The notes under the pieces were generated by a model that saw nothing but the letters and a program-made list of their open reading frames with translations, was not told the DNA's origin and did no database searches. From Octopus vulgaris (taxonomy: Eukaryota), in contig OX597829.1 in the NCBI GenBank assembly GCA_951406725.2, positions 11,842,001 to 11,906,000 of the forward strand: a DNA stretch of 64,000 nucleotides, in the 5' to 3' direction. The stretch's first letter is position 1, and the number at the start of each line of letters is the position of its first letter. This document shows, one piece after another, positions 11,756 through 23,574 of the stretch. The translations under genes were made by a program, and so were the position numbers.

Positions 11756-12529
11756 GGATCCGGATAAAAACCCCTAGGTTAAATATATAATCCGAAATGT
11801 ATAGTATTAGATATCCGTCACGGCTGCTCGTACCAATCGGCTTCGCGTAAAGAATACAATGTAGTGTTAGATAAGAAACCGATTATATAATTTTACGCTC
11901 TTCAGAGTTAGCCGATAGGGAAGGGAATATGACGATTGCTCTCTATTGTCGGAGGTGGATTAGCACCACCGGTCAGTGGCTGCTGTGAAAGAGGTGCTGG
12001 AACTAAAAGGGGCCAAGGTTGGGTAAGCTGTAAAGCTGGCAAGCGTTATCTTGAATTGGGGAAAGTGTGTATTATTAATGTGGTGTTCCTGTGGGGATGG
12101 AGTATGTGGTATGTGTAGCGGTGTCATATGTATAATGTTTTTCGGGAGTGTAGGTATATATATATAGCGGTGTTCGTTGGTCTGTTTTCTTTCTGTAAAG
12201 GATAAAGCCGGGGCGGGGTTATGTTAGCGTGCGGTGTGTAATGTGTGGGAGTTCTGTGTATAATTTGCGTGAAGGGATATGTGTTGGGGTGGTGGGAGAC
12301 AGTTTATTTTGTGGGGTATCTTCTTTATAGGGGTGTGTGCGTGTGTGTACGTGGGTGCATTAGTCAAACTCTTTTTGCCGGGCCCAAAGGCATTGGTGGA
12401 AGGTCGTTTGCGGAAGGTGGAGGCAGGGAACCAACCAATGGTTGCAGTCATGATGGGGTGCACAAGTACGATAGAATGTACTTCCTTTCATGCGTGCAAG
12501 GATTAGACACCTCACTCCTACTATTCAGG

Positions 12530-13085
12530 TAAACATCCGGGCGTTGGGTACCTTTTAAAATCGCTTTCTTCTCAGCCAGGCATAATCTGCACTTCCTGCT
12601 GTTCTAGGATCTTCCACTTTATGCTGTACTCCTTGGTGCTTTCTTTCAAAGTCCAGACGTTCTAGGCTATGGTTGTGGCGTTACGTCTTTCTGGGATGTT
12701 GAATGAGGAGTTGTGGTTATTAAAGTGGATTCTGAAAGGGCCTTCCATTTCCCCCACGCTCGATCTTGTTGCTGCTACTTCTGTCTCGTAAACAACTGTT
12801 TCTGTATTGCTGTAGCCGTTTAGTGAACAAATTGTGTTACCCCTGCATGAGCATCCTGCTTCAGCCTTGGGTCTAAGCCTACCTACTTAAATCTTTTTTA
12901 CACTAGGTGCACAGCTAATGGATAATCTCAGAGCATGTCTATTAAATATTTTGTTGAATCTACTGGTACGGGGAAAGTGGTCTAAAGAGAATGGCGGTGT
13001 GGACCACAGTACTTTCCGATGGCGCTTTCTCTTGGGTGCGGAGGGCTATGGTCTGGTATGTAACTTATATTATCCTTGAAACTGC
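12530..13085 (-). mobile_element. Penelope-like element, GIY-YIG endonuclease region, decayed
   Basis: Manual translation: RKRHRKVLWSTPPFS...KIFNRHALRLSISCAP...CSCRGNTICSLNG...FNNHNSSF...VWTLKE..KEYSIKWKIL...CRLCLAEK. Confidence 0.75.
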
Positions 13086-13089
13086 TGGC

Positions 13090-14630
13090 AGTCAGAGCCC
13101 GGTTGTAGTACGGAGCGGCAGCATCAAAGATCCCATCTGCAGATCAGCATGAAAACCTACATCGACAATTAAAGAGCTACAAAGGAAAACTAGGTAATCA
13201 AAAACATCAAACAGAAGTATTCTATTCATATGCGAACAAACATAGTACCGCTGTCTCAACCTTGGTCCACTGATTGTTGATAGTAACATTCTCCACTATC
13301 ACGCTAAAGAAATAGCGGAAGTACTGCTTGTCTTTAATGATCCCACTGATATTGATGCAAGGGATCTGAACGAACTATTTCATCACCTACTATTTCATCA
13401 AAAAGTTTGAGAAAGTGATGGGATCAAGGATAACTAGCTTCTGGAAGAGCCACAACCTTCTAAATTCCAACTAGCATGCCTCTCGCTGCGTTAAGGACTG
13501 TCTGACACAGCTCATCGATGATGTTCCTTGGGATCACGCTCGGACTTTGATGTCATACATCTTCACTTGCGGTCGACAGAATTGACCACAATATTCTCTT
13601 GTCAAAATTGTCAAATATTGAAATAATGATAACTGCTATATCGGATAAAGAATTTTATGGTGAATAGAACATGTTTTTCGTTCGGTGGTCTCCACTCAAA
13701 CCCAGTGGTGTCCCTCAGAGGACTGTTTTACGCCCGCTTCTCTTTACTACATAAGCGTCATCAAACAGCGAAATAAAAATATCTGCAAATGACTCCAAGC
13801 TCCAGAAAATTATCAATGGAGAAGGCCGAACTGAACCCAGTCTGGTCTACATGCTGTAATCCAACGGGCGGACAAAAACAAAACGGTTAAATGACGGAAA
13901 ATTTGAACTCGTGCACTTTAGAAGAACGACTGCGCTCAAACAAGCATATTCTCTTCCTTCGAGGGAACTACTAACAGTATCCACTATTAGAGATATGGGA
14001 GTGATTGTTAACAACAATTTCAGTTGGAGTGTTCACATCAACAATAAAGTTGATTTAGCTCGCATCATTCCCCTTCTTCTCTAGAATAGAGCTGCCACCT
14101 GAAGTTTCCTCACACCAAACAAAGCATTACGAGAGCTGAGTCACTCCAGAGAGCATTCACTAAAAAAATAAATAACATGACTGATGTTGATTATTAAGAC
14201 CGATTTAAAACATTGAATTTTTATTCCCTCCAGCGCTGCCGTGAGCGCTACCTCATTTGCTCAATGCCGAATATACCACCTGCATTACCCAAAATACCTT
14301 AAGATTCTGAATTCATCCAAGGCCGGGGTTAAGTGTCATACCATTCAGGCTCACAACGCCTACATTCACAGCAATACAATATCTTTTCTTCAACGGGCCC
14401 TGTTCTATTTAGCAAAACAAATCAAATTCAAACAAAACCTGAGCGAATTTCTTCAAGGGATACCAGATAAGCCTCTTATTCTTGGATACATCTTAATCAA
14501 CAACAACTCCCTACCTGGATGAGCCATGATATCATAAAACTTGACTTTAAAATGACTTAACAGATCCTATCAGTGCTATTAAGTTAGACATGGCCTGGGC
14601 CAATCATTGGCCGAAACATATCTAAGTTTT
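13090..14630 (+). mobile_element. Degraded CR1-group LINE (RT and C-terminal region)
   Basis: SGVPQRTVLRPLLF, decayed ADD motif (SANDSKL), LNDGKFELVHF, IRDMGVIVNNNFSWSVHI, ESLQRAFT, YSLQRCRERY; many stops. Confidence 0.75.
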
Positions 14631-14640
14631 AATGTGTATG

Positions 14641-14721
<81 letters not shown>

Positions 14722-15260
14722 AGTTGAATTGCCCGTCGATTATTTTTACAATAGAATGACTTATATAAATTTCTGTTTATTCCATGTCACACCATGCCTT
14801 CCCCGATAAAATAGGTCTCTTGATCAGGACAGATTTGTGCAATTTTTCGCAAAAATTTTCGTTGAAGATGTTTTTTTCTTTTTAAAATTATTTACATGCG
14901 ACTGTTTCGACTTTATTCATTAAAACTTATAAAAACTTGAGATTTTCTTACAACTTTGGTCATCGTAATTCTTCGTTTGTTTGACAAAAATTCTTCGTAA
15001 TGATTTTGATTTCATTTTGTGATAGACAGCTATCATGCAGAAAATACCAGCTTCCAAATCCTGTTTTTGATTAGGTAAAATTGATTAAACTTTAAACATC
15101 AGTAACATTTTTCTGCAATTTTCCTGGAACAAGTATATTGTTTAACGTGGAAAATTATTTCAATATACCAAATTTGAAAATGTTGATGTAATTTTAAAAT
15201 TTCATATGTGACAGCAACAGGGGAAACCCTACAAAACTAGAAACACAGACAGTTATAGGA

Positions 15261-15301
<41 letters not shown>

Positions 15302-15840
15302 AAAAAAAACAAAGAAACAAACAAACACACATTTACAAACGTACACACTAGTTTAAAATTGTGTATAGTAGACATATGTACGTAAATATGTATGTATGTA
15401 TATGTATGTGTGTTTCTTTACTATGGACAGCAGAAAAGCCACCTACTCCCTCTCACCTTAAAGTTACGTATTCCTCACACCCACCCTTCTTTCCCTTCCT
15501 CGGTGTTTTTAAGGTTATGACAGCAGTATTAACGTTGCTCTCCCACCGCCACTCCATATTTGTCGCTTACACAAAAGTGTTCCCCCTTCCTTGATATTAG
15601 CCACACTCACTATGCCACCACATTTCTCTCACACAAACACTCTTTATACCCTTCTCATTTTACCAAATAATAGCCCAATTCCTTTATGGGGCCCATTATA
15701 GATTTTAATTGAAATAAGCCTATAATTGAACTGGATGTTAGTTTAACATGTATTCACAGTTTCGTCAAGATTGGTTCAGTGGTACAGGCAGCAAGATGGT
15801 AACAGACAGATCGCCAAACAGAAATTGACATTTACGTATA

Positions 15841-17231
15841 TGTCGTGCGTGGGAAATGAAAAGCGGTTCACCAACCTTCCTCTCTCGTCTGCACCCGTCT
15901 AGTAGTAGTCACTCCGGCGATCCTGCCCTAACCTGTCACCCAGTATAAGCAGCTGTTATCTCACCAAACCGAGAGCGAATTCCCTCGCGTCCGTTTGCAA
16001 TGCTTCAGCCGGCCAAAAGTGGACGACCCTGTCCTGTCCCCACCCCTGCACTTCCCTTCTCGCGCTTCCGCTTCCGGTCAGTCCTTTGACCATTGACGTC
16101 ATGGCCCTCTTCTTCCAGCTCATCCCACAGCCCCCCCCCCCTGATCTCAAAGATCACCCCCCCCACTTCACTCCATGTCGAAATCTTTCACCCACCCGGG
16201 TGGGCACCTTGCACGTTGTGATCTTCTTAAACAGGGAACCTGATTCTCTTCCTCTTCTCCACGATCGTCATCCGACGAAGCGTCAATCCAACGAACATCC
16301 AAGACATGACGCGGCATTCCATCCACAGAGATGTTGTTTTTGGAATTGACAGCCGTCACTATTCCTCTGTTCCACTGAGTTGAGCCTTTGGTGGCTTGAC
16401 CCAGACTTCATCTCCCACCTCCACGAAGTCGGGTTATCTCGATCATATCTCTGCACGGTCCCATTTCCACTCGGCATGTATGCCGCTCTGAAAAAGCGGT
16501 GCACTTTCCACCTGTCAAGCATCTCCTTCAGCGCTTCCGAACGAAATACTGTGCTATTGTCCATCAGCAATTCGTGCACAGGGCCCCAATCTAAGAATAC
16601 CTCGTTTAGAATACACGCCATCTCGTTCGCAATGCCTGTCCTCAATTCCTTCCAAATGGCCAGCCCACAATCGACCATCGAGAGATACGTCCCCTGCCTT
16701 TTCTACTCTGGTTAGAGCGTCTGCCTTGTTTCTCTCTGAAAGCACAAAGACCACATTCAGCTTCAGGCCGAACTCCCCTAGAATCCCTAGGCGGCGCTTC
16801 ACTAGCATTTCTGCTACCCTTTTGGTTTGCACCGTCTTCTCGTCGGTGATCACCGATCCTACTCACCCGAGCACGGTAGGCGAATCCGTCCTGATTTCAA
16901 TGGAGCGCAGCCAAATTCACTCACAGAAGAGGTAGAGAAGTGGATTAAGGAAGGAGTCCTTAGCCCGTGGAAAGATGAGTTGGTGAGCAGAGCGCTACCT
17001 CTAATGGCAGTGGTGCACCAACAAAGGGCAAAGTTAGACCGGTACTGGACTTTCTGGAGATGAACGGCCATGTATCGAGCCACATATGGCGAGGCGACCG
17101 ACGTCTGCTATGAGAGGCTGCACGTTAGAAGGCAATCGACTAAGGCCGTGAAGATCGTCGACTTGAAGTCGGCATATTTGCAGCTCTATGTGAGCGACGT
17201 CATGGCCCTCTTCTTCCGGCTCATCCCCACA
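15841..17231 (-). mobile_element. Rearranged Gypsy-type LTR retrotransposon remnant
   Basis: 3' LTR 16129->15841 (TGTGGG...ACGACA) preceded by a G-run PPT; integrase (VDCG, ELLMDNSTVFRS, AYMPSGNG) and RNase H (SERNKADALTRV) on minus; RT fragment (LPLMAVV, IVDLKSAYLQL) on plus at ~16900-17190; 35-bp LTR start repeated at 17197-17231. Confidence 0.75.
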
Positions 17232-17261
17232 GTATTATATATATATATATATATATATAAA

Positions 17262-17872
17262 ATGATGCTTTTGTTGCCAACTTAATGTGGCAGTCCAAAG
17301 AAAGGGGAAAATGCCACTACTATTTAGCCCCAGGAAACTTTGTTTCCAGTTGGCTACGTGACACAAGCTTTCTGCGTCCTTAAGTTTTCAAACAGGGGAG
17401 ACAAGCACCTTTACACAGCAAAGCCAGCAGTCAGATACTAGTTCCAATGTTATTGCTCTTCATCAGTCTGGAATAGCTTGGTTAGTTAGCTGTCGATGCT
17501 TATTTGCCTTTGAAAACTTATAGAATTTCAAGTGAAATAAATTCACTGATCTACAAAATTAGAAATATTGCATTTCTAAATCTTTCTGAGAGACTTATAC
17601 AGTAGCAGCATGGTTTGTTTCCAATTTAAGGACACAGAACGCTTGTGTCACATAGTTAACTGGAAACGTTGTTTCCTGGGGTTAAATAGCAGTAACATTC
17701 TTCCCTTTCGTGGGACTGCCACATTAACTTGGCAACAAACCATCACTTTACCGTGCTGCTACTGTATAAGTCTCTCTGAGAGATTTAGAATTGCAATATT
17801 TTTAATTTTGTAGATCAGTGAATTTATTCCACTTGAAATTCTATGTTTTCAAAGGCGAATAAGCATCGACAA
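17262..17872. mobile_element. PLE pLTR composite with interleaved inverted repeats and a degenerate hammerhead
   Basis: A(~17262-17395)...B(~17490-17613)-A'(~17614-17745)-B'(~17750-17872); minus-strand CCAGA-CTGATGA-A-...CAAT-AAC-ATTG-GAA-CTAG-TA-TCTG at 17430-17471. Confidence 0.6.
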
Positions 17873-17889
17873 CTAGCAAGCCACTTTTT

Positions 17890-18901
17890 TTGTTGTTTTT
17901 GGAGGGACTCTAGCCGAAATTTTGAGCGAAGCTACCATTGTTGGGTGGTAGTGAATAATTGAAAAAAAGAGAAGTTATTCGGAGGCTCAAGCCAGAGTTG
18001 ATGCAGTAGAATGAGGAGTTGATAAACAAATATTATGGTGTGGTAAAGAAGGAAGGGTCAAATGTGAAAATAACCCTGCCAGAGGAGGAAAAAGGAAAAT
18101 GATGAGGAAGTGAGGAAGACGGTTATATTCAGAACATTTTCGGATGAAAATAGAAGAATTGAACACGCGCTGCAGGAAGAGATAGAAGAAATCTTGGAAG
18201 AACAAATAGGAGACAACGGGACGTTCTTTACAAGAGGAAAGAGATATGCGTCGATAGTAGTAGTATCAGAAGAGGACACGAAAAAAAACCGACAACAGGA
18301 TGATACAGGGGGAAAATGGACGTTGACGCCAAAATGTTTGGGCAAAAGAATTGTTAGAATTAGGGTGGGAAGAATCCCACCGTCGATAGATCCAGAGTGG
18401 ATAATAGCCACAATATTTAATTCGGAGCTGAGGAAGAAAAGCTAAGACCTGAGAACTGACATGATGAGCCGAGCACAAGTGAAATATTGGGGCTACGGAT
18501 TAGAGATAATCTGTGCAGTGAATGCGAAATATTACGACGAAATTCCTGAAATTTTAGAGCTATCAAATGAAGAAAAGCTTGAGATAATGTTGGAGGGGAG
18601 ACCCCCAAAGTGTTACGGATGTGGTGAAAGAGGGCACCTGAGAAAGAAAGGTGCTAAAACAGCAGTGGAAATTGTAGGGGTGAGTATTCGGGAGAATATA
18701 ATAGTAGAAAAACAGCAGAAACAGAGAACAGAACATGGCGGAAACTTTGCGGAGGTGCAAGCCAGAAAAAGAGAGAGAAGGAAGTCACTGACGATAGTGG
18801 AATTGAAGAAGCACAAAACAATAGAAGAGGAAACCCAACCCACGGCGAGAAACGGGGAAGATTTACCAGTAGAATTACCAGTAAAGGACTTACAAGTATA
18901 G
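17890..18901 (+). mobile_element. Tx1/L1-related ORF1 (gag-like, CCHC), frameshifted; no adjacent ORF2
   Basis: ORFs 18110-18445 and 18461-18901: TRGKRYAS, LGKRIVRIRVGRIPP, LEGRPPKCYGCGERGH, C-terminal EDLPVELPVKD. Confidence 0.7.
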
Positions 18902-20291
18902 AGTCATTCAGAGCGGCAGAGACTTAAGCACATGGACATGCAAAAGCACACAAGTAATTGTTGGAATTGAACTGTTGTCGTTTTGACGAAATTTTCGCCG
19001 TACGGGGCAGAAAATTGTTTTCTGCATAACTTATTGGACTGATTCTTGTGATTTTTTTTTTTTTTACCTGTTGCAGAGTAAAAAATTAATTTTTTTGTAT
19101 TTTGACAAAAATATTTATGATTTTTCTGTTATTCGGAGGCCACTTGTAAAAATGAATTTGAATTTGTTGTTGAATGTCGACTTTCAGTTCTCAATGGAGG
19201 ATTTCCGGCGATGAAAGTCTGTAACCAGGAAGGAAAGGAAAAGCCAAGTTTCTCGGCTGCTGTTGGTGGCAATTTCTGTAAATTGGAAGTATCTAAGGAA
19301 CAATTTATTTAAGTTTCGAAACATTATAAAGAAGAGTGGAAACGAAACGAAACTTCTGCCAACACAGGATATGATACAAAATTTAACTGCCAGAACGGTA
19401 GTATACAAAATATACAACCGTAAAGAGAAAAGAATAATGTTAGTGAAGAACAAGGTGGTAGAGAAGTGCCTCGCCCCCATATGGTGAAAAATTATCTAAG
19501 TCGGTCGAGGACCAAGAAGCGCCACGATTGAAGCGCAATTCGAGAACGCTGAAATAGCAAAGGAAATATCGACCCAAACGTTAAAAAATGATGAAATGAT
19601 GTTGCTCCCGATCTACCTAGGCTGGAGAACTGCAAAAATAACAATAAAGGAGATACCAGCTGGTTACGATGTAACATGGATGGCAGCAGCCGTAATTTAC
19701 GACGCAGAAGAAGAAATAACTATACTCCAAATGAAAAAGCGAGAGGCTCTAAACTGAAATGGCCAAACACTCGAGATGGTGGTTCAAGCCTCAAATGAAA
19801 TACTCGAATCAAGGCCAGACCGCATTTTTATAGATGGGGGAGGGACTAAGCGCTAGAGTATCTGTCGAGGGTATAGACTCAGATGCTTTAAATGTGGAGA
19901 AAAAGGGCACGTCCGTTCGGAGTGCGAAGAAGTAAAAAAACAACAGAAAAAGGCTGGAGTCCTTCCCAAAAAAGAAAGTAACAAGAAAGCGACGGAAAAC
20001 GTCACAGAAAGCGTCTCAGGAAAAGGAGAAGAAAGGAAAATACAAATCGTAGAAAACACACAAAAGAAGGAAGCTGAAGAGGAAATAGAATTTACCAGTG
20101 GTTTCACATAAAAGAAAAAATCCATGTCCCAGACTCCCCTCCCCTGACAAAGAAGACATCTACACAAAATGCAAACATACAGAAAAATCTCCCCAATCCA
20201 CCCCAAGTCAAAACCCGCCACTAATCCCCCCAAAAAAATGCACTAGAAGAAAGGAATGTGATGTACAATGAGGAAAATAGTGTTCTAGAAA

Positions 20292-20327
20292 ATATTATTA
20301 TTATTGATATTGTTGTTGTTGTTGTTG

Positions 20328-20416
<89 letters not shown>
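20292..20416. repeat. (GTT)n/(ATT)n microsatellite
   Basis: Seen directly. Confidence 0.95.
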
Positions 20417-20420
<4 letters not shown>

Positions 20421-20613
20421 TCACTGCCTGGAATCAAACTCGGAATCAAGAACAACAACATAGAAAAATACCTTAGGAATGAGAACCCAGGTTCGAAATT
20501 TCCCCAAGACACCTGATAAAGGTGTTAACAACAAACAAGATGAGGATAAATATCCGTCAATTGTAAATGATGTAAATAATGTACATAATTCCTCATCTCA
20601 AATATAGAACTGT
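20416..20613 (+). mobile_element. Second copy of the hammerhead-bearing PLE-type repeat, ribozyme core deleted
   Basis: aaaaataccttaggaatgagaacccaggtt...gacacctgat|aaaggtgttaacaacaaacaagatgagg...tagaactgta matches 1090-1270 except for loss of stem II/GAAA. Confidence 0.75.
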
Positions 20614-23574
20614 AAGATCTTATTTTAGATAGGATACTTATTTCAGATAGAAATAGGAATACGTTTAGTTATCCACGCTTTTGTTGTGTCCCTTACACGG
20701 ATCACAAATTTGTGACGTGTGAGGTGTACATAGTTAAGTGTCATAGACAGGGACCAAGATACTGGAAGATGAACAAGTCTATTTTAACTAGTAAAGTCTT
20801 CCGTGTCCGGGTTAAGGAGTTAATGCAGAGGGCATTGTGCGGCGCCATCATTAATAATAGAGGGTGGTACGTCCTCAAGCGAGCCATTCGTTCTGAGTCT
20901 CTTAGATTTAGTAACCAACTAAGTCTAGAGAAGGAAACCTAATTAAGGAATTAGAGGAGGACATGGAATCTGGCTCTTCATCCAGAGTAATAGCGGCGAG
21001 AGCGATGTTAATACGTCATCTCAATGCCAAACACGAAGAGTGTAGAGCCAGGGCTAATTTATGTGCGGTGGGTAGAGAAGGTATTAACGTTGCCGGATGG
21101 GCCCGTCGTGTGGAGAGTCGGAGAGGCAGAGAAGCCTCTATAAAGTCTTTGATTGACGAACAGGGGCGTGCGATCAAAGGACAGGAGGAGATGCAAAAGG
21201 CTTTTCACCAACATTTCGCCCGGTTGTTTGGGTCGAGCGAGGCGCTAGACCGTGAGGAGTTCCTACGGGACTTCCTCACTGGCGGACCACGACTCTCGGC
21301 GCGGGAGGCGGAATGTTGTGAAGGGCTGATTACAGCTGCGGAGGTCGAAGAGGTACTGGCTGAAAACGCCGGGGACAAGTCGCCGAGGCTGGATGGTCTG
21401 CCCTATGAATTTCATCATAGTATAACGGACTTGCTCGAGGATATACTGGCCTGCATCTACACGAACTGGCAGTAGAATGGGAGAATTCTCAGCTCTGTGA
21501 GTCGGGGAATGGTGACGCTGATCAGAAAAGACCACAGCAGGGGGGGTCATATCAGTAACTTTAGGCCCATAACTCTACTTAATGTAGAGTTAAAGATTTT
21601 GGCCAAGGTGTTAGCAAAATGGTTGACACGTATCATGGAGATGCTTGTAGGGAAGGCGCAGACATGCGCCATCCTAGGTAGGTCAATCCAGGACAATCTT
21701 CATCTCTTACGCTACACCTTAGACACGGGTAAAGTATCCGGTAGGTGGGGCATTGGTCCATTTAGACCAAAGTAAAGCTTTTGATAGGGTAGACCACCAG
21801 TACCTGGCGGCAGTCCTTCAAGTGGCTGGGCTAGGCTCGGATTTTCGCGGTTGGATCAAGGTCATTTATGGCGGCATCAAATCCACAGTCCAAATCAACT
21901 GTAACCTGTCGGAGCCGTTTGAGATCAAGCGCTCGGTTCGTCTAGGGTGCCCCCTGTCTCCACTTCTGTATGTACTGACTTTTGAGTCATTGCTGCAGAG
22001 GTTGGAGAGTTTGGGGGGGCGTCCCCAATGAAATCGGATGTGGTAAGTCTGTTTCTGCATATGTGGATGACGTCACCATCATCGTGTCCAATGAAGCTCA
22101 GTTACCTTGTGTAGAGGATGCAATTAAAGGATACGAGGCGGTGGAAGGGGCAAAGGTTAACAAGGACGAGTCCATCGGTTTGCGACTCGGCACCTAGAGA
22201 GGCAAGCCGATAACGTCCAATGTCGTGGGGGTACTGGACGGATGGTCCTGTTAAGCTGCTTGGAGTTTGGTTTGGTCCAGACTCCCAGACGGAGAGTTGG
22301 AATGAGGTGGCAGACAGGTTGGAGGCCCTAGTCCGGGCCTGGTCTGCAAGGGCGCTATCCCTGAAAGGGAGGGTGGAGGTGGTGCAGGTGTTTATTGCGT
22401 CTGTTATCACCTACCGTCTGACCGTTGTCCCTTACCCTAATTCGTGACTATGCAAGTTGGTGCGACTTCTCTTCCGCTTTTTGTGGAAGAGAAAACCGCT
22501 TGTGAGGCGCACTGTATGCAGCCAAGAACCGCTAAAGGGTGGGTTAGGAATGCCGTGGCTATTGATGTGCAGACATGCACTGAGGCTAAGGCATCTCTGG
22601 CTCTACCTGGATGGTGGCCAGGTGTGGAATTCGCTTGCAGGGGAATTCTTTCCACGACCAGCCTCCTTGGAGGAATTTACGCCAGATTTGATAAAAAGAC
22701 AGAATATGACTGAATGACAAAAGGAGTACAGAAAAGCGCTCGCGCTAATCCACAGAGCGGGCAAGGCCGGCAGCGGAAATACCACCTCTGTATTTTCTAA
22801 AGGGATGGTAGAGTATATGAGCGATGACGTCCTTGGAGAGGCTCTGGGGTTCGATGAGAACCAGCTAGCCAATCTGTTTCAAAACACCTTCAGGTCGGGG
22901 TATTTAGATAATTACCAAAAATCCCTGACCTGGCAGTGTTACAGGGATGCGTTACCTGTCCGCGATAAATTGTCCAGGCACGGAATACCTGTGCCACCGG
23001 CTTGCCCAAGTGCGGGCAGGACAAGGAAACTGTCCTGCACGTTCTTGTACAGTGCCCGGAGCTTTCGGGCTTGATAATTAGTAGAACACGTGTTGTCGCA
23101 CCTGAGTCTGTGATAAAGATTGTACCGTCAACCGGACTATCAAAGAAGGTAAGGCATGTTTTCTGTATACAGTCGCAGTAATGAAAGAGCGTGCATGGAG
23201 AACAAGAATGCAAGGAATCGAGACAGGGTCCTTCATCTGCAGTCCTGGTTTGCTATACTACTTCAGGTACCACCTGAAAAGCAAGATAAGGCTGGAGAGG
23301 AGGCACCTGTCGCGAAGTATATATGAGAAAAGATGGAAGGATGTCGTGAGGAAGTTGGGAGTGATTGTTCCTACTTAATTCCACCCGTGGTAAAAGCAAG
23401 GTGTCGTCACTGGATTTCCAGCCGTTATTGTGAAAATAAATTTGTGTTAATTTTTAATTTATATATATGATTCATCCAATTTTTAATTATAAACTCACTT
23501 AGCTCATCTATATGTTTGTAACGTCCTGTATTGTCCTTCTTTGTAAAAGATATTTATCATAATAAAGAAATTAC

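Larger units (their letters stand above)
19130..23572 (+). mobile_element. Tx1/L1-clade LINE, near full-length but decayed (ORF1 + ORF2), interrupted at ~20285-20612
   Basis: ORF1 remnant (CFKCGEKGHVRSEC ~19885); EN end (YTDHKFV..GPRYWKMN); KSPRLDGLP, NFRPITLLN, LDQSKAFDRV, VRLGCPLSP, YVDD, KGGLGMP, CYRDALPVRD; 3' AATAAAGAAA at ~23560. Confidence 0.88.

Noticed and set aside
11875-11912. Minus-strand CTGAAGA-GCGT downstream of the Penelope remnant
   Set aside because: Plausible position, but stem II and GAAA are not recoverable.
14580-14630. GGCCAA-tca-TTGGCC-GAAAC as a hammerhead
   Set aside because: No CUGANGA upstream; more likely the 3' stem-loop of the CR1-type LINE.
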